From: Macrostomum lignano
Lineage: Eukaryota
Assembly: GCA_002269645.1 (NCBI GenBank)
Contig: NIVC01000536.1
Coordinates: 248,001-312,000 of the forward strand
Direction of reading: 5' to 3'
Length of the DNA stretch: 64,000 nucleotides
Within the stretch, counting starts at the first letter, position 1. Each line of letters opens with the position of its first letter. The notes beneath the pieces were generated by a model. The model was not told the origin of the DNA, did not search any database, and saw only the letters and a program-made list of their open reading frames with translations. The translations under genes were made by a program, and so were the position numbers. Below, piece by piece: positions 51,561 through 63,390 of this stretch.

Positions 51561-52478
51561 GAATTTTCATCACAATAGCTTAAGTACCTTAGTTACTAGG
51601 AACATTATGGGCTAATATGGCAATGTTTCCCATTTGGCAAAGGAAATACAAGCCAGATCCACTGAATATTTCATACTGGAAAAGGGCACTTCATCTTGGC
51701 AAATGCAAAGCATTCATTGTGAATAAGAATATTTTGGCTATTAATGTTAATATTATGAACTGACCCTAATTAGATAGCTGATGGAGCATTTTGGTTTATA
51801 AAGCCATCTAACCTGATGATAAAAGTAGAATAGAATAAAAGATTTTGCTATATGCTTAGGTACAACCTAGTCCTAGGGATTCACCTGGCCATTTTATTGG
51901 CAATACAAGATTTATAAGTCACTATTAGATAGAATATTAGTGATATTAGACTGCTCTCAGTCTATTGTATTAGAAATTGTATTAGCCAATAGAAATAATT
52001 AGATAATTCCCAAGGTTGCACATGTATGTTTTGCTAATAAGACATGACAATAAGCTCTGAGTTGGAGTATGATATATGGGTTGACATAGCCTAATAGATA
52101 TATTTTTTATGTGCCAGTATTAGATCAGGAAAATCATACTTGATAGTAATATAGGCCTAACCTGGGTAATGATAGCTTATAAAGCTATGGCTTGAGATGT
52201 TGGTACCAGGGTAGAAGAGGATCAAACATCACTTTCCCAGGGACACTTGCCCTAGATAAAGAATTGGTAGCTTTGGTTGTAGTCTAATGGCAATGTCCCC
52301 CTTATTCTAATTCTAACTATGGCCAAGGAGTTTTAAATTTAGGGACTGTTTAATTAAAGTAGTTCTAATACATCATATAGCCAAACAAAAGAGTAAATTT
52401 AAAATCACTCAAAGCAAATAATATTTTTGGTGCCAAAATGTATTATGTATACAATGTAATAATGATATATAAATAATG

Positions 52479-52906
52479 GGCAATCCTGAAGATTCCCACG
52501 TTTAATTATTTTACACATTTTTATGCACATTTCAGCCACGGAATTATGGCAGGATGACTTCCAGCACCCCAGACAATTGTGGATCCTCAAGTGGTTGAAG
52601 AGACCATTCACTGCATTTCCGTGACCCAAATAACCTAGACACTTACACAAATATGGTCGAGGGCATGTGGGCCCACTGCAAGGCCAAATTCCAGGCCATG
52701 CATGGGACTTTGGATGCCCTTTTCGGCACATATCTACAAGAGTTCATGTGGCGCTGGGCCTTCCCAGACCATCAGTTTGGCAATATCCTATACTGGATTG
52801 GACACTATTACCCATGCCAGTAGTTTAACACTGACAGACTTTTTTGATTGGATTGCTTTAATTCCGTAAAATAATTAAACGCGGGAATCTTCACTTCAGG
52901 ATTGCC
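52479..52906 (+). mobile_element. Merlin (IS1595/ISXO2-like) internal-deletion derivative, 428 bp
   Basis: ~36-bp TIRs starting GGCAATCCTGAAG; 8-bp flanks AAATAATG/GAATAATG; 52605-52823 encodes HS.HFRDP...TNMVEGMWAHCK...YLQEFMWR. Confidence 0.85.
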
Positions 52907-53083
52907 GAATAATGAAGTTAAATGAACTATATAATGATAGTTTTTTTGTTCACAAAAATACCAAAAGCTAAAAAACTTTTAGGAAATAACTTTTTGAATT
53001 GTTTGATAAAACCCATTGCAGTTTTGGTTTATTTTGACATTTTATCTCTTAGAAATTGCAATTTAGGTTTAAAAAAATAAATA

Positions 53084-53478
53084 CGAAGAGCTTGCATGCA
53101 CGGCAGCTGTTCACGTAAGCTCAGAATTGCGTGCATGGCGGCTATCTACCTAGTGCTTTATTTGCATGTATGCAGCCATCCACCTAGTGTTGTAATTGCG
53201 TGCATGGCAGCCGGCAATTGGCCAAGACTGGGGCCCTTAAATCCACGCATTGGCATTGGCAACCCTAATTAAAAAATATTTTGACTATATTGTTTTATAA
53301 TGTTTTATCCCCCATACACCATGGACTGCAAATGTAATCTTAATTCATTGTTTTTTTTGTTACCTTGAATATTAATTCGAATAGTATATGACTTACTGTA
53401 TAAGCCTATAAGATATAGCTCTGCTGTGCACGCAATTCTGAGCTTACGCGAACGGCGGCCGTGCACGCAAGCTCTTCG
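53084..53478. mobile_element. 395-bp MITE with ~55-bp TIRs and a 9-bp TSD (Mutator-like or Merlin-like)
   Basis: CGAAGAGCTTGC..GCACGGC...GTAAGCTCAGAATTGCGTGCA inverted at both ends; exact AAATAAATA on both sides. Confidence 0.8.
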
Positions 53479-54424
53479 AAATAAATATAGTACAGATTTC
53501 TTGTATAGTTATATATATGCAATAAAACTTTGAACAACGTCTTTCATTGCAAAAATACAGAATTAACCATTTAAAAAATAATATTCATTTGAATTGGGAA
53601 GTAACACACAATCTTTGAAAAGGTGTTAAAAGGGAAATAACCATTTATATCCTGAGATTCTCAGTGAGAAACTTTGTGAGTTATTTCAAAAATAGTACTT
53701 TTGTTCTATACTATTAAATTAATTTGAATTAAGTTACTAAGCAAAAATTGATAGACGCTTTTATTAACAAAACAATAAGGAAACAGCTTTGTTCAGAGGT
53801 GGCTTTGAGATGAATCAATCAATTAATAGAGATGCAAATGCAAATATTGATACTAGTGTTAGTCATCATCGAGTTCTAAAAATTAAATAATGGCGATAAA
53901 GCATTCAAAGAACAGAAACTTGAGATACAAGCTTATTATCAAAACAGATAAGAAATCTAAGTATAATGCTTTAATACTGGCTACTGAGCCTGCATTTCAA
54001 ATAAAGTTCACAAAACTGACTGCAGCTTATGTCTGTTAGTTATAACTATCACAAAATCACCACGGAGAAATCCCGTTCACATTAACTCTATCCGTTTAAT
54101 GAGATGCTGAATATGATCCTTCGGCTGTTAAGTTATTTTTATTTAAAATTAAGTGCTTTAAAGATTATATCGTTACTCAGATTTGCGTCTCATAATGTGT
54201 TTTATATACGGTTTGAGTGACGCGAGCAGGCTGAGTTTTCTTTGCGAGGATCTCAGTTTACCATAGACTTTCTTTTCAGAACATAATGAGAATGTAATAA
54301 ATCTTAGATCATTTTCATGTTTATTTGTCCTGACAACTGTGATCAAATTCTGGCTGATTCTATAGAGAAAGACCAATACGCGCATAGAGAATAGTGTATT
54401 GTACTTTGTGGCTATTGGTGTAAA

Positions 54425-54946
54425 ATGGACGAAGGGCTTTTTCAGAACGTGCCCGAGGCACGTTTGCGAAGAATTTTTGGACGCAGCTGCGGTCCCAGCA
54501 ACTCTGGACTGACCGATGCAACAGCCGCCACAGCCAGTTCTGTCTCTAACGACACTAGCAAACTGCCAGCCACACCATCGGAGGCTGCGACTGCGGACAA
54601 AATTGATCCGCTATTCCCATCACTGGACAAAGAGCTGCCGCAAGTTCGCAAGTCAACGACGCTATTCCGGCCTTCCTGGGATCCGCGCGAGCGCTGGCGC
54701 CAACTGCGTCCCAGCCAACCGTATTACGCGCCCCCGGAGAGCGACTTGCCGGCTCAATTCCGATACGAAGATTTGTCAATTTACGAGAAGTCGGAAACCA
54801 TGGACATTCACGAGGACCGGCTGCTGAGATGGTTGCACGAACGGTTTGAGAGCAGCCTGGAGTTCAAGGCGGCTGCTGGCGATACAAACTTCCTTAATAT
54901 CACCGGAAAGCAGGCAATCAAGCAGCAGGTCTTCACTGAGCTGCAG
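54425..54946 (+). CDS. Exon 1 of an unrecognised protein
   Basis: AAAATGG start context; 174 non-repetitive GC-rich codons; CAG|GTAAAT donor. Confidence 0.6.
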
Positions 54947-55214
54947 GTAAATTTTTCTGTACTGAGGGGTTGTCATGGAGTTTACACTGTGACTGGTAGA
55001 CACTGCATGGTATTGAGGTCACTTTATCGAATTACTTTTGCACCTCATCGTTAATCTTGGCATCAAGTAGCTCACAGCTTCCTCTTAATTTCTTTCAATG
55101 CCAATTTGCAAAGTTTAGCTTAGTTTGTCATTCACTGGAAGACCATTTATTCACTAAAGTACATGCGCGAGTGTAATCATTCCTTTCACAAAAAATCTCA
55201 ATGAAAGATTCTAG

Positions 55215-55430
55215 ATGAGCAGCTGTCGGACCTCGGCTTGGACAGCGCGAATCCTGCGCTCATTGAGCGCCGCAGGCAGCTGGTTGAGCAGCAGCGAAAA
55301 CCTCAGCAGGCGCCGCCGGTGTCACCCTCCAGCGGTCAGGGCACCAGCCAAAGTTCCAGACTGTCCTCGGCGACCGTGTCAACGACAACTGCGGTGTCAG
55401 CATCGACTGCTACCGCTGCCGCTGCCGCCT
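55215..55430 (+). CDS. Probable internal exon of the unrecognised gene (EQLSDLGLDSANPALIERRRQL...)
   Basis: TTCTAG acceptor and T|GTGAGA donor (phase 1) match the next exon; entry phase does not match exon 1. Confidence 0.45.
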
Positions 55431-55445
55431 GTGAGAATTCCCTCG

Positions 55446-55592
55446 TGTGATAAAGTGGACACCCCATGTGATGAAGTGGACACCCCATGTGTGATGAAGT
55501 GGACACCCCGTGTGATAAAGTGGACACCCCATGTGATGAAGTGGACATCCCGTGTGAAAAAAGGGGACACCCCGTGTGATAAAGTGGACACT
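55446..55592. repeat. ~20-bp tandem repeat (GTGATAAAGTGGACACCCC), intronic
   Basis: Direct. Confidence 0.85.
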
Positions 55593-55623
55593 CCAAACCC
55601 CCATCTCAAACTCCTTCCTCCAG

Positions 55624-56060
55624 CCGCCTCCATCAAGCTGTCTCCGCTGGACGAGCTCAACATGGAATTCGAGGAGGACGAAGATTTCGGCGCATTCGTC
55701 AGTCCCAGCCTCGCCGGCCGCGGCACGCAGACGACCCAGACGGTGGTGACGGTGCACGAGGCCGCCTGGCAGCAGCAGCCGCTGGAGCAGCCGGCCCGAC
55801 GACCGAGGAAGCACCGCCACCTGGCCGTCAACTTTGCCGCCGGAGACGAGGCGACGGGCAGCGGCGGTGGCAGCGGCGGTGGCAGCGACACCATCGAGTG
55901 TGAGGTGGACATTCGGCCGAGCAGTTCTGACCGGCCAGCAGCAGCTCGAGGGCGCGGCCATCGGGTGCAGCATTTCGGCGACGCGGCGAGCCTTGAAAGC
56001 GGAGACTTTGCCAGCAAGAAGCCTTCGGGGCATCGGAACACCGCCGAGGAGTCCGTCTGA
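55624..56060 (+). CDS. Last exon of the unrecognised gene (acidic, low complexity)
   Basis: CTCCTTCCTCCAG|CC acceptor (phase 1); open to TGA at 56058-56060. Confidence 0.55.
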
Positions 56061-56189
56061 GCTGCCTGTCGCTAGAATTGAAACCGCTTCTGTCGTTTCT
56101 GGTTTCAGAAGTAAGACTACAGTCCTTTGCGAGCCGTGTGACTTTGTGTCTGTATGCTTTTATGCTTGTATATAACTATTTGCCTGTGT

Positions 56190-57420
56190 TTGTCTTTTCT
56201 GTCTGATGTCTGTTTGTAGCTTTCTACTTGTCTGTATCTGTCTGTTTTCTGTGTATCTGTCTGTTTTGTCTGTATCTGTCTGTTTTCTGTGTATCTGTCT
56301 GTTTTGTCTGTATCTGTCTGTTTTCTGTGTATCTGTCTGTTTTGTCTGTATCTGTCTGTTTTGTCTGTATCTGTCTGTTTTGTCTGTATCTGTCTGTTTT
56401 GTCTGTATCTGTCTGTTTTGTCTGTATCTGTCTGATGTCTGTTGGTAGCTTTCTACTTGTCTGTATCTGTCTGATTTCTGTGTATCTGTCTGTTTTGTCT
56501 GTATCTGTCTGATGTCTGTTTGTAGCTTTCTACTTGTGTGTATCTGTCTGTTTTCTGTGTATCTGTCTGTTTTGTCTGTATCTGTCTGTTTTGTCTGTAT
56601 CTGTCTGATGTCTGTTGGTGGCTTTCTACTTGTCTGTATCTGTCTGTTTTCTGTGTATCTGTCTGTTTTGTCTGTATCTGTCTGTTTTGTCTGTATCTGT
56701 CTGTTTTGTCTGTATCTGTCTGATGTCTGTTGGTAGCTTTCTACTTGTGTGTATCTGTCTGTTTTCTGTGTATCTGTCTGTTTTGTCTGTATCTGTCTGA
56801 TGTCTGTTTGTAGCTTTCTACTTGGGTGTATCTGTCTGTTTTCTGTGTATCTGTCTGTTTTGTCTGTATCTGTCTGATGTCTGTTTGTAGCTTTCTACTT
56901 GTGTGTATCTGTCTGTTTTCTGTGTATCTGTCTGTTTTGTCTGTATCTGTCTGATGTCTGTTTGTAGCTTTCTACTTGTGTGTATCTGTCTGTTTTCTGT
57001 GTATCTGTCTACTTTGTCTGTATCTGTCTGTTTTGTCTGCATCTGTCTGTTTTGTCTGTATCTGTCTGTTTTTTCTGTACCTGTCTGTTTTGTCTGTATC
57101 TGTCTGTACCTATCTGCATCTGTCTGTACCTATCTGTATCTGTCTGTACCTATCTGTATCTGTCTGTACCTATCCGTATCTGTTTGTGTCTGTCTGTATC
57201 TGTCTGTATCTGTCTTCATCTGTCTGTCTGTATGTCTGTTTTGACTGCATCTGTCTGTATCTTCTGTATCTGTCTGTACATGTATTTTCTGTATCTGTCT
57301 GTATCTTCTGTATCTGTCTGTATTTTCTGCATCTGTCTGCTTTGTCTGTATCTGTCTTCATCTGTCTGTCTGTATGTCTGTTTTGTTTATTTCGTAGTCG
57401 TCTACTTGTCTGTGTCCACC
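56190..57420. repeat. Degenerate TCTG-derived array with 19-bp and larger higher-order units
   Basis: Direct. Confidence 0.9.
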
Positions 57421-57889
57421 AGTCTTTCTGTGTCTACAAGCCTGTTTTTCTGAGTGTCTCTACCCGTACCTGTCAGTTTAGCTGTAGTGGTCAACAACCT
57501 GTTTGCCAGCCAGTTGCAGATCCCAGGAAAAACCCTAACCCAGACAGTCGCCCCCAGCTAGTTTACTAAAGTGCCTCATTCACCTTACTCAACCTTAAAT
57601 GACCTGTACTCAGAATTCTCACACATGCAAAAAAAAATATTTACTATTTAATTGCATCATTAACTCCTGCCCATGTTATTGTGCTTTGCTCTCTCATATC
57701 TACCAGGCATTCTGTAACTGTATTTAGCAGCCACTAATGCACAGGGATTTGCTTCTAACATTTCACTTAAACAAAGTAAACTCGTTCAAAATCAAAAAGT
57801 TGCGTCACATCGATTTATAAAAATTGTTTATACAGAGGCTCTGACCCTCCAGTGAACCCTAAAACAGAATTGTAATCTCTGACACATCT

Positions 57890-58370
57890 ATAAAGACCCT
57901 GACACACACCTGTAATGACTCTGACACAAGACCCTGACACATCCTGTGATGACCCTGACACACACCTGTGATGACCCTGAAACACGATGTAATGACCCTG
58001 ACACACACCTGTGATGACCCTGAAACACACCTGTGATGACCCTGACACACACCTGTGATGACCCTGACACACACCTGTAATGACCCTGACACACACCTGT
58101 GATGACCCTGACACACACCTGTAATGACCCTGACACACACCTGTAATGACCCTGACACACACCTGTGATGACCCTGACACACACCTGTGATGACCCTGAC
58201 GCACACCTGTGATGACCCTGACACGCACCTGTAATGACCCTGACACACCTGTAATGACTCTGACATACGACTCTGACACATCCTGTAATGACCCTGACAC
58301 ACACCTGTGATGACCCTGACACACACCTGTGATGACCCTGACACACACCTGTAATGACTCTGACAAAGAC
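57890..58370. repeat. 22-bp minisatellite (GACACACACCTGTGATGACCCT)
   Basis: Direct. Confidence 0.93.
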
Positions 58371-59024
58371 CTAATATTAACATAACGTCCCGACCCTTAA
58401 ATTGGCAATCCAATAAAATCTATAATTAAACTTCGTCACACATTTTCGTATTATACTGTACTGAAATGCCTACTAACAGTAGACCAGTAGAAAATTGTAT
58501 TTTAGAAACATTTGCAACGCGCTTTTGAATTTTGTACTGCGGTAGCTTAGTTTGAGGTCACTCCGAGGACACAAAGGGTAAATGAATTTTCTGTTTCAGC
58601 GTTGTGACCTCAAAATTTAATTGAGTTGCACTAGAAGCTTTGGACAGAAATATTGTCGCATTATTATTTCTAAAACTTTTATTCCTAAAGCTCTAGAGAT
58701 TTGGGAAGAAGACTAATAAAAGCACGGTGTTGGGCCATCTTTTTGGTGAAACTGTGCTCAAAATAACTTGATTATTGAGCTTGATATTATCTAGCCACTA
58801 CCTATTAGTGATCTAGAAGCATTCAAGCACTTAGATCGTGTGCCCTGCTGCTAGCTGGGTGCATCTGAGGTGAAGTTCACTGCATCCCTCAGCTTGTAGG
58901 ATGCACGGTTGGTTAAGAAAACTAAAGCTTTGATAAACTCAAGCGTATGACAGCAAATTCGGTTGCATATGCGTCGAAGAAGATCTTATCTAACTTGTTT
59001 TTTTCATAGCTTAATGCGGCTGGG

Positions 59025-59330
59025 ATGGCGCCTCTGCACCTGCCAGCATCTCTGATGAAGGCGCCACTGCAACCTACCATAATATCTGATGATGGCGCCT
59101 TTGCTGCACCTGCCAGCATCTCTGATGAAGGCGCCTTTGCTGCACCTGCTAGCATCTCTGATAAAGGTGCCTTTGCTGCACCTGCCAGAATCTCTGGTGA
59201 AGGCGCTTCTGCCACCTGCCAGAATCTCTGGTGAAGGCGCCTCTGCTACCTACCAGCATCTCTGATGAAGGCGCCTCTGCCACCTGCCAGAATCTCTGAT
59301 GAAGGCGCCCCAGCACCTGCTGGCGCCTAA
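59025..59330. repeat. 33-36-bp tandem repeat (GCACCTGCCAGCATCTCTGATGAAGGCGCC...)
   Basis: Direct. Confidence 0.88.
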
Positions 59331-59869
59331 CAACTCAATTATGTAAATTGATTTATATGAGGTTATAAAAGAATTAAATTTTTTTTTATGTTTTAATCAC
59401 ACAACAGACAATGCAAGGCTAGACATAGCTTGGGACCGCAAATACTGTTTAAAGAAGCAGCCAGGCATGCTGTGGCACGTTTCAACTTTTTAAGTCGAGA
59501 ATAGATGAGAAACGCAGAGGGGGAGAGGCGCTGAGGTGAGAACATTTCATGTTACTTCCCACTGAATAGCATACGGCTGCCGCGATGCCCGGCACAAGTG
59601 CAAAATTCAGTCTCAATTTGCATTTACGAAGGTAGGGTTTAAGAATACCGTATATTCATTTTAGTGCACCGACACCGCTGAGTCATGGTCAGACTGCTTT
59701 TAATAGTTGGCCCTCAGGTTGGCCCACAGTGCCCCTGTTGCCGGCTGTGTGGGTGGGGACTGCAAATTTGAGCACCCAATTAAAATTCCAGCAAAGTTTA
59801 TTGTGATGAGGAGTAAGGTATTATGATATCTCAGCCTCTTCTAAATGGCTGGCTCACTCTTGTTTGAAG

Positions 59870-60103
<234 letters not shown>

Positions 60104-60654
60104 GTCCGGTCTCCTTCTCCGGACCTCGCTGTCCTCAGTTGAACTGAGCGCTCGGCGCGAGTGAACACCGAGAATGAGCGAGGCGAGGAGAATGATTCCC
60201 GACAGACATGCTCAGATAGATTGGTCCAACTACTCATCATTCCTTCAAGCTTCATAAGATAATCCTGGCCCTTTCTTGCACGCGGCAGAAGAGGCTGGGC
60301 CGGGCCGGCCTGTGACCTCAGATGAACCCGTCAAGGGAGGAGCCGCCCTGCAGTTTCCTGGACTAAGAGAAAGTGAAACGGGTCGCGCGAGTTCGGGTTC
60401 AACCGAGGACAAAGAGGGGAAGGGCTTGTCCGCTCTTTCACGCAGCTCCGATACTCTCCTCCCCCGCCGGCTTTTCTGGGGATATAAAACTGGGAACCGA
60501 TGGGGCTCCTGACTTCCCCCGGCCTGACTTGCCAAATTTGGGCGACACAGGGGATCGCTCTGTGCGGCACTGAACTCAACTCCAAGCCGGAAGTTTGGCG
60601 TGGACAAAATGAAATTCTTCATTGCCTCATCAGTGCGGCAGCTGTGAGTTTTCC

Positions 60655-60656
60655 AT

Positions 60657-60697
<41 letters not shown>

Positions 60698-60755
60698 GAT
60701 AGATAGATAGATAGATAGATAGATATATAGATAGATAGATAGACAGATAGATAGA
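60655..60755. repeat. (GATA)n microsatellite
   Basis: Direct. Confidence 0.93.
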
Positions 60756-61559
60756 CATGGATAAGCAGAGCAAAAGACTCAAGCCCAAGCAAGCCTCCAG
60801 CAAAGCACGCGGCCACTCGCGCAGCCATAAAAGGACTTGCCATTCGGCAGCTGTCAGTTTACTACGTGCATGGCCGCCCGCGCCTCGCACGCACTGGCTG
60901 ACTGACGCAGGCTGACGCCAATGCAATGCAAACTGGATCTGGCCAGCCACCCCTTCCCACAGTCTATGTGAAGCAGCGGTGCGCCTAAATTTAACTTTAG
61001 TTGGGGAGGCTCTTGGTAGCTGCAGTTCGCAAACATGGGGAGGGGGGGGACTGCGGCACCCCCGCGGTGACCCTCCCAGCTGACGCACTTGAGGCGTGCA
61101 GCCTGGCAAGGCGTTTTGCGTTGTCATTGACAACGGAACAAGAGAAGGGCGGGGGGTGAGCCAGCTTGCCAAAATAAGAGAAGAATCATGCATTGGGCAT
61201 TCCCTGCCCCAGCCAATTGTGTCAGTCCGCGCCTCTAATTTTCTTCCTCGAAGCATATTTAAGCGCGCCAGTTGCTGCCAACTTTCGGGCGGCTGCACTG
61301 AGCTGGGCTTTTAACCGTCAGCCCTTGCAATCTGCCCAACTGTCAGATTAACAACAAACTCAATTATTAGGAGCCGCTGGTAGGTTTTTTATTAAAACTC
61401 AATTATTATTTTACCTGTCCTTATAGTTCATTATTACTCTGTCGTAATTTTCGGGTAATGCCTGCTCGATGACAAAGCTTGATCCGTGCCGCTTGTCACC
61501 GGGTGGTCATTCATCCGCAGGCGGCAGACTGCGCATCCACCCGCCCTCGCTTACCCTAT

Positions 61560-61675
61560 GGCTTAACTATGGCCTGACTATGGCCTGACTATAGCCTGAC
61601 TATGGCCTGACTATGGCCTGACTATAGCCTGACTATGGCCTGACTATGGCCTGTCTATGGCCTGACTATAGCCTG
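61560..61675. repeat. 11-bp repeat (TGGCCTGACTA)
   Basis: Direct. Confidence 0.9.
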
Positions 61676-62511
61676 AGTGTGTGTGAACTATGGCTTTTTT
61701 CGGCCTATCTGTAGCCTTTCTGTGGTATTTCAATTGCTTTTCTGTGGCTTCTCTCTGGCTTCTCTACCGCATTTCTTTGGCCTCTATGCTCTATACAACT
61801 TCTTCTTTTTGGCTTGACTGTCCTGACTGACTGACTGGCCTGGCAAATGACCTGAATGATGACAAATAAATAAAACGGGGCTCTCTGTCACCTGATTTCG
61901 GCCTCTCCATGGCTATCCAAACGTCCCGGCCTTGCCCTTAAAAGACTCTTTGAAATCGTGGAATTTTGAGTCCATGCCGACCATGCGCGTCACTCAAAAT
62001 GGGCGTGCTCTACCAACGATGCGGCCTCAGAAACCAACTCTCCAACCTCTGCCCCTGCCGACCCTGCTTGCCCACCCCCACCCAATCCTCACATTGCTTA
62101 CAGACCGCCCCCACGTGACAGCCTTGTGGAATGGGCAGAGGGTTTCTATTTATAGAATGCTGCGAGCTGCTCGCGTCAATGCCCCCCACTTGGCCATGCA
62201 CACCGGAGAGTACACGAAAGGCCATGCTGGGTGCTTGAAAAGGGGCAGTTATCCTCGTTGGGGAATTTCCCATACGGGACGGGAATTAGCTATGTCACGT
62301 GTTGTACGGTCACGCCTGCAGCTTTGAGATTGGGGAGAGGTTTCTGGAAAAGACGCAGGTGAAACTGACGTACGTGTAATTTTGTTCGATTGTGAATTTT
62401 TAACTGCTTCAGTTTGCCGCCTGATTGTTTAAATTTGAGTTGCGAATGCTGACAAACGGGAAGATTATTATAGATTACTTAACTCGCGGAGCAAGCAGGC
62501 CACTGAGGAGG

Positions 62512-63390
62512 TCACTCTCCCCAGAATGGAGCACTGCTACACGTCATTCTCCCCAGAATGGAGCACTGCTGCACGTCACTCTCCTCAGAATGGAGCACTG
62601 CTACACGTCACTCTCCTCAGAATGGAGCACTGCTACACGTCACTCTCCCCAGAATGGAGCTCTGCTGCACGTCACTCTCCTCAGAATGGAGCACTGCTGC
62701 ACGTCACTCTCCTCAGAATGGAGCACTGCTGCACGTCACTCTCCTCAGAATGGAGCTCTGCTGCACGTCACTCTCCTCAGAATGGAGCTCTGCTGCACGA
62801 CACTCTCCTCAGAATAAAGCACTGCTACACGTCACTCTCCTCAGAATGGAGCACTGCTGCACGTCACTCTCCTCAGAATGGAGCTCTGCTGCACGTCACT
62901 CTCCTCAGAATGGAGCTCTGCTGCACGACACTCTCCTCAGAATAAAGCACTGCTACACGTCACTCTCCTCAGAATGGAGCTCTGCTACATGTCACTCTCC
63001 TCAGAATAAAGCACTCCTACACGTCACTCTCCTCAGAATGGAGCACTGCTACATGTCACTCTCCTCAGAATGGAGCACTGTATAGTCACTCTCCTCAGAC
63101 TGGAGCACTGTATAGTCACTCTCCTCAGAATGGAGCACTGCTACATGTCACTCTCCTCAGAATGGAGCACTGCTACATGTCACTCTCCTCAGAATGGAGC
63201 ACTGCTACATGTCACTCTCCTCAGAATGGAGCACTGCTACATGTCACTCTCCTCAGAATGGAGCACTGCTACATGTCACTCTCCTCAGAATTGAGCACTG
63301 TTACAGGTCACTCTCCTCAGAATGGAGCTCCGCTACGCGTCACTCTCCCCAGAATGGAGCACTGTATAGTCACTCTGACTCTCCTCAGAA
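62512..63390. repeat. 32-bp minisatellite (CACTCTCCTCAGAATGGAGCACTGCTACACGT)
   Basis: Direct. Confidence 0.95.

Noticed and set aside
49860-52470. Mitochondrial insertion (NUMT) because of AT-richness
   Set aside because: No mitochondrial protein, rRNA or tRNA motifs recognised; Harbinger transposase motifs were found instead.
52405-52731. 108-aa Cys/His-rich minus-strand ORF
   Set aside because: Antisense to the Merlin transposase fragment, which is the real signal.
60105-61330. ORFs of 60-220 aa between microsatellites
   Set aside because: No recognisable domains, no consistent splice chain, and overlapping ORFs on both strands; not supportable as CDS.
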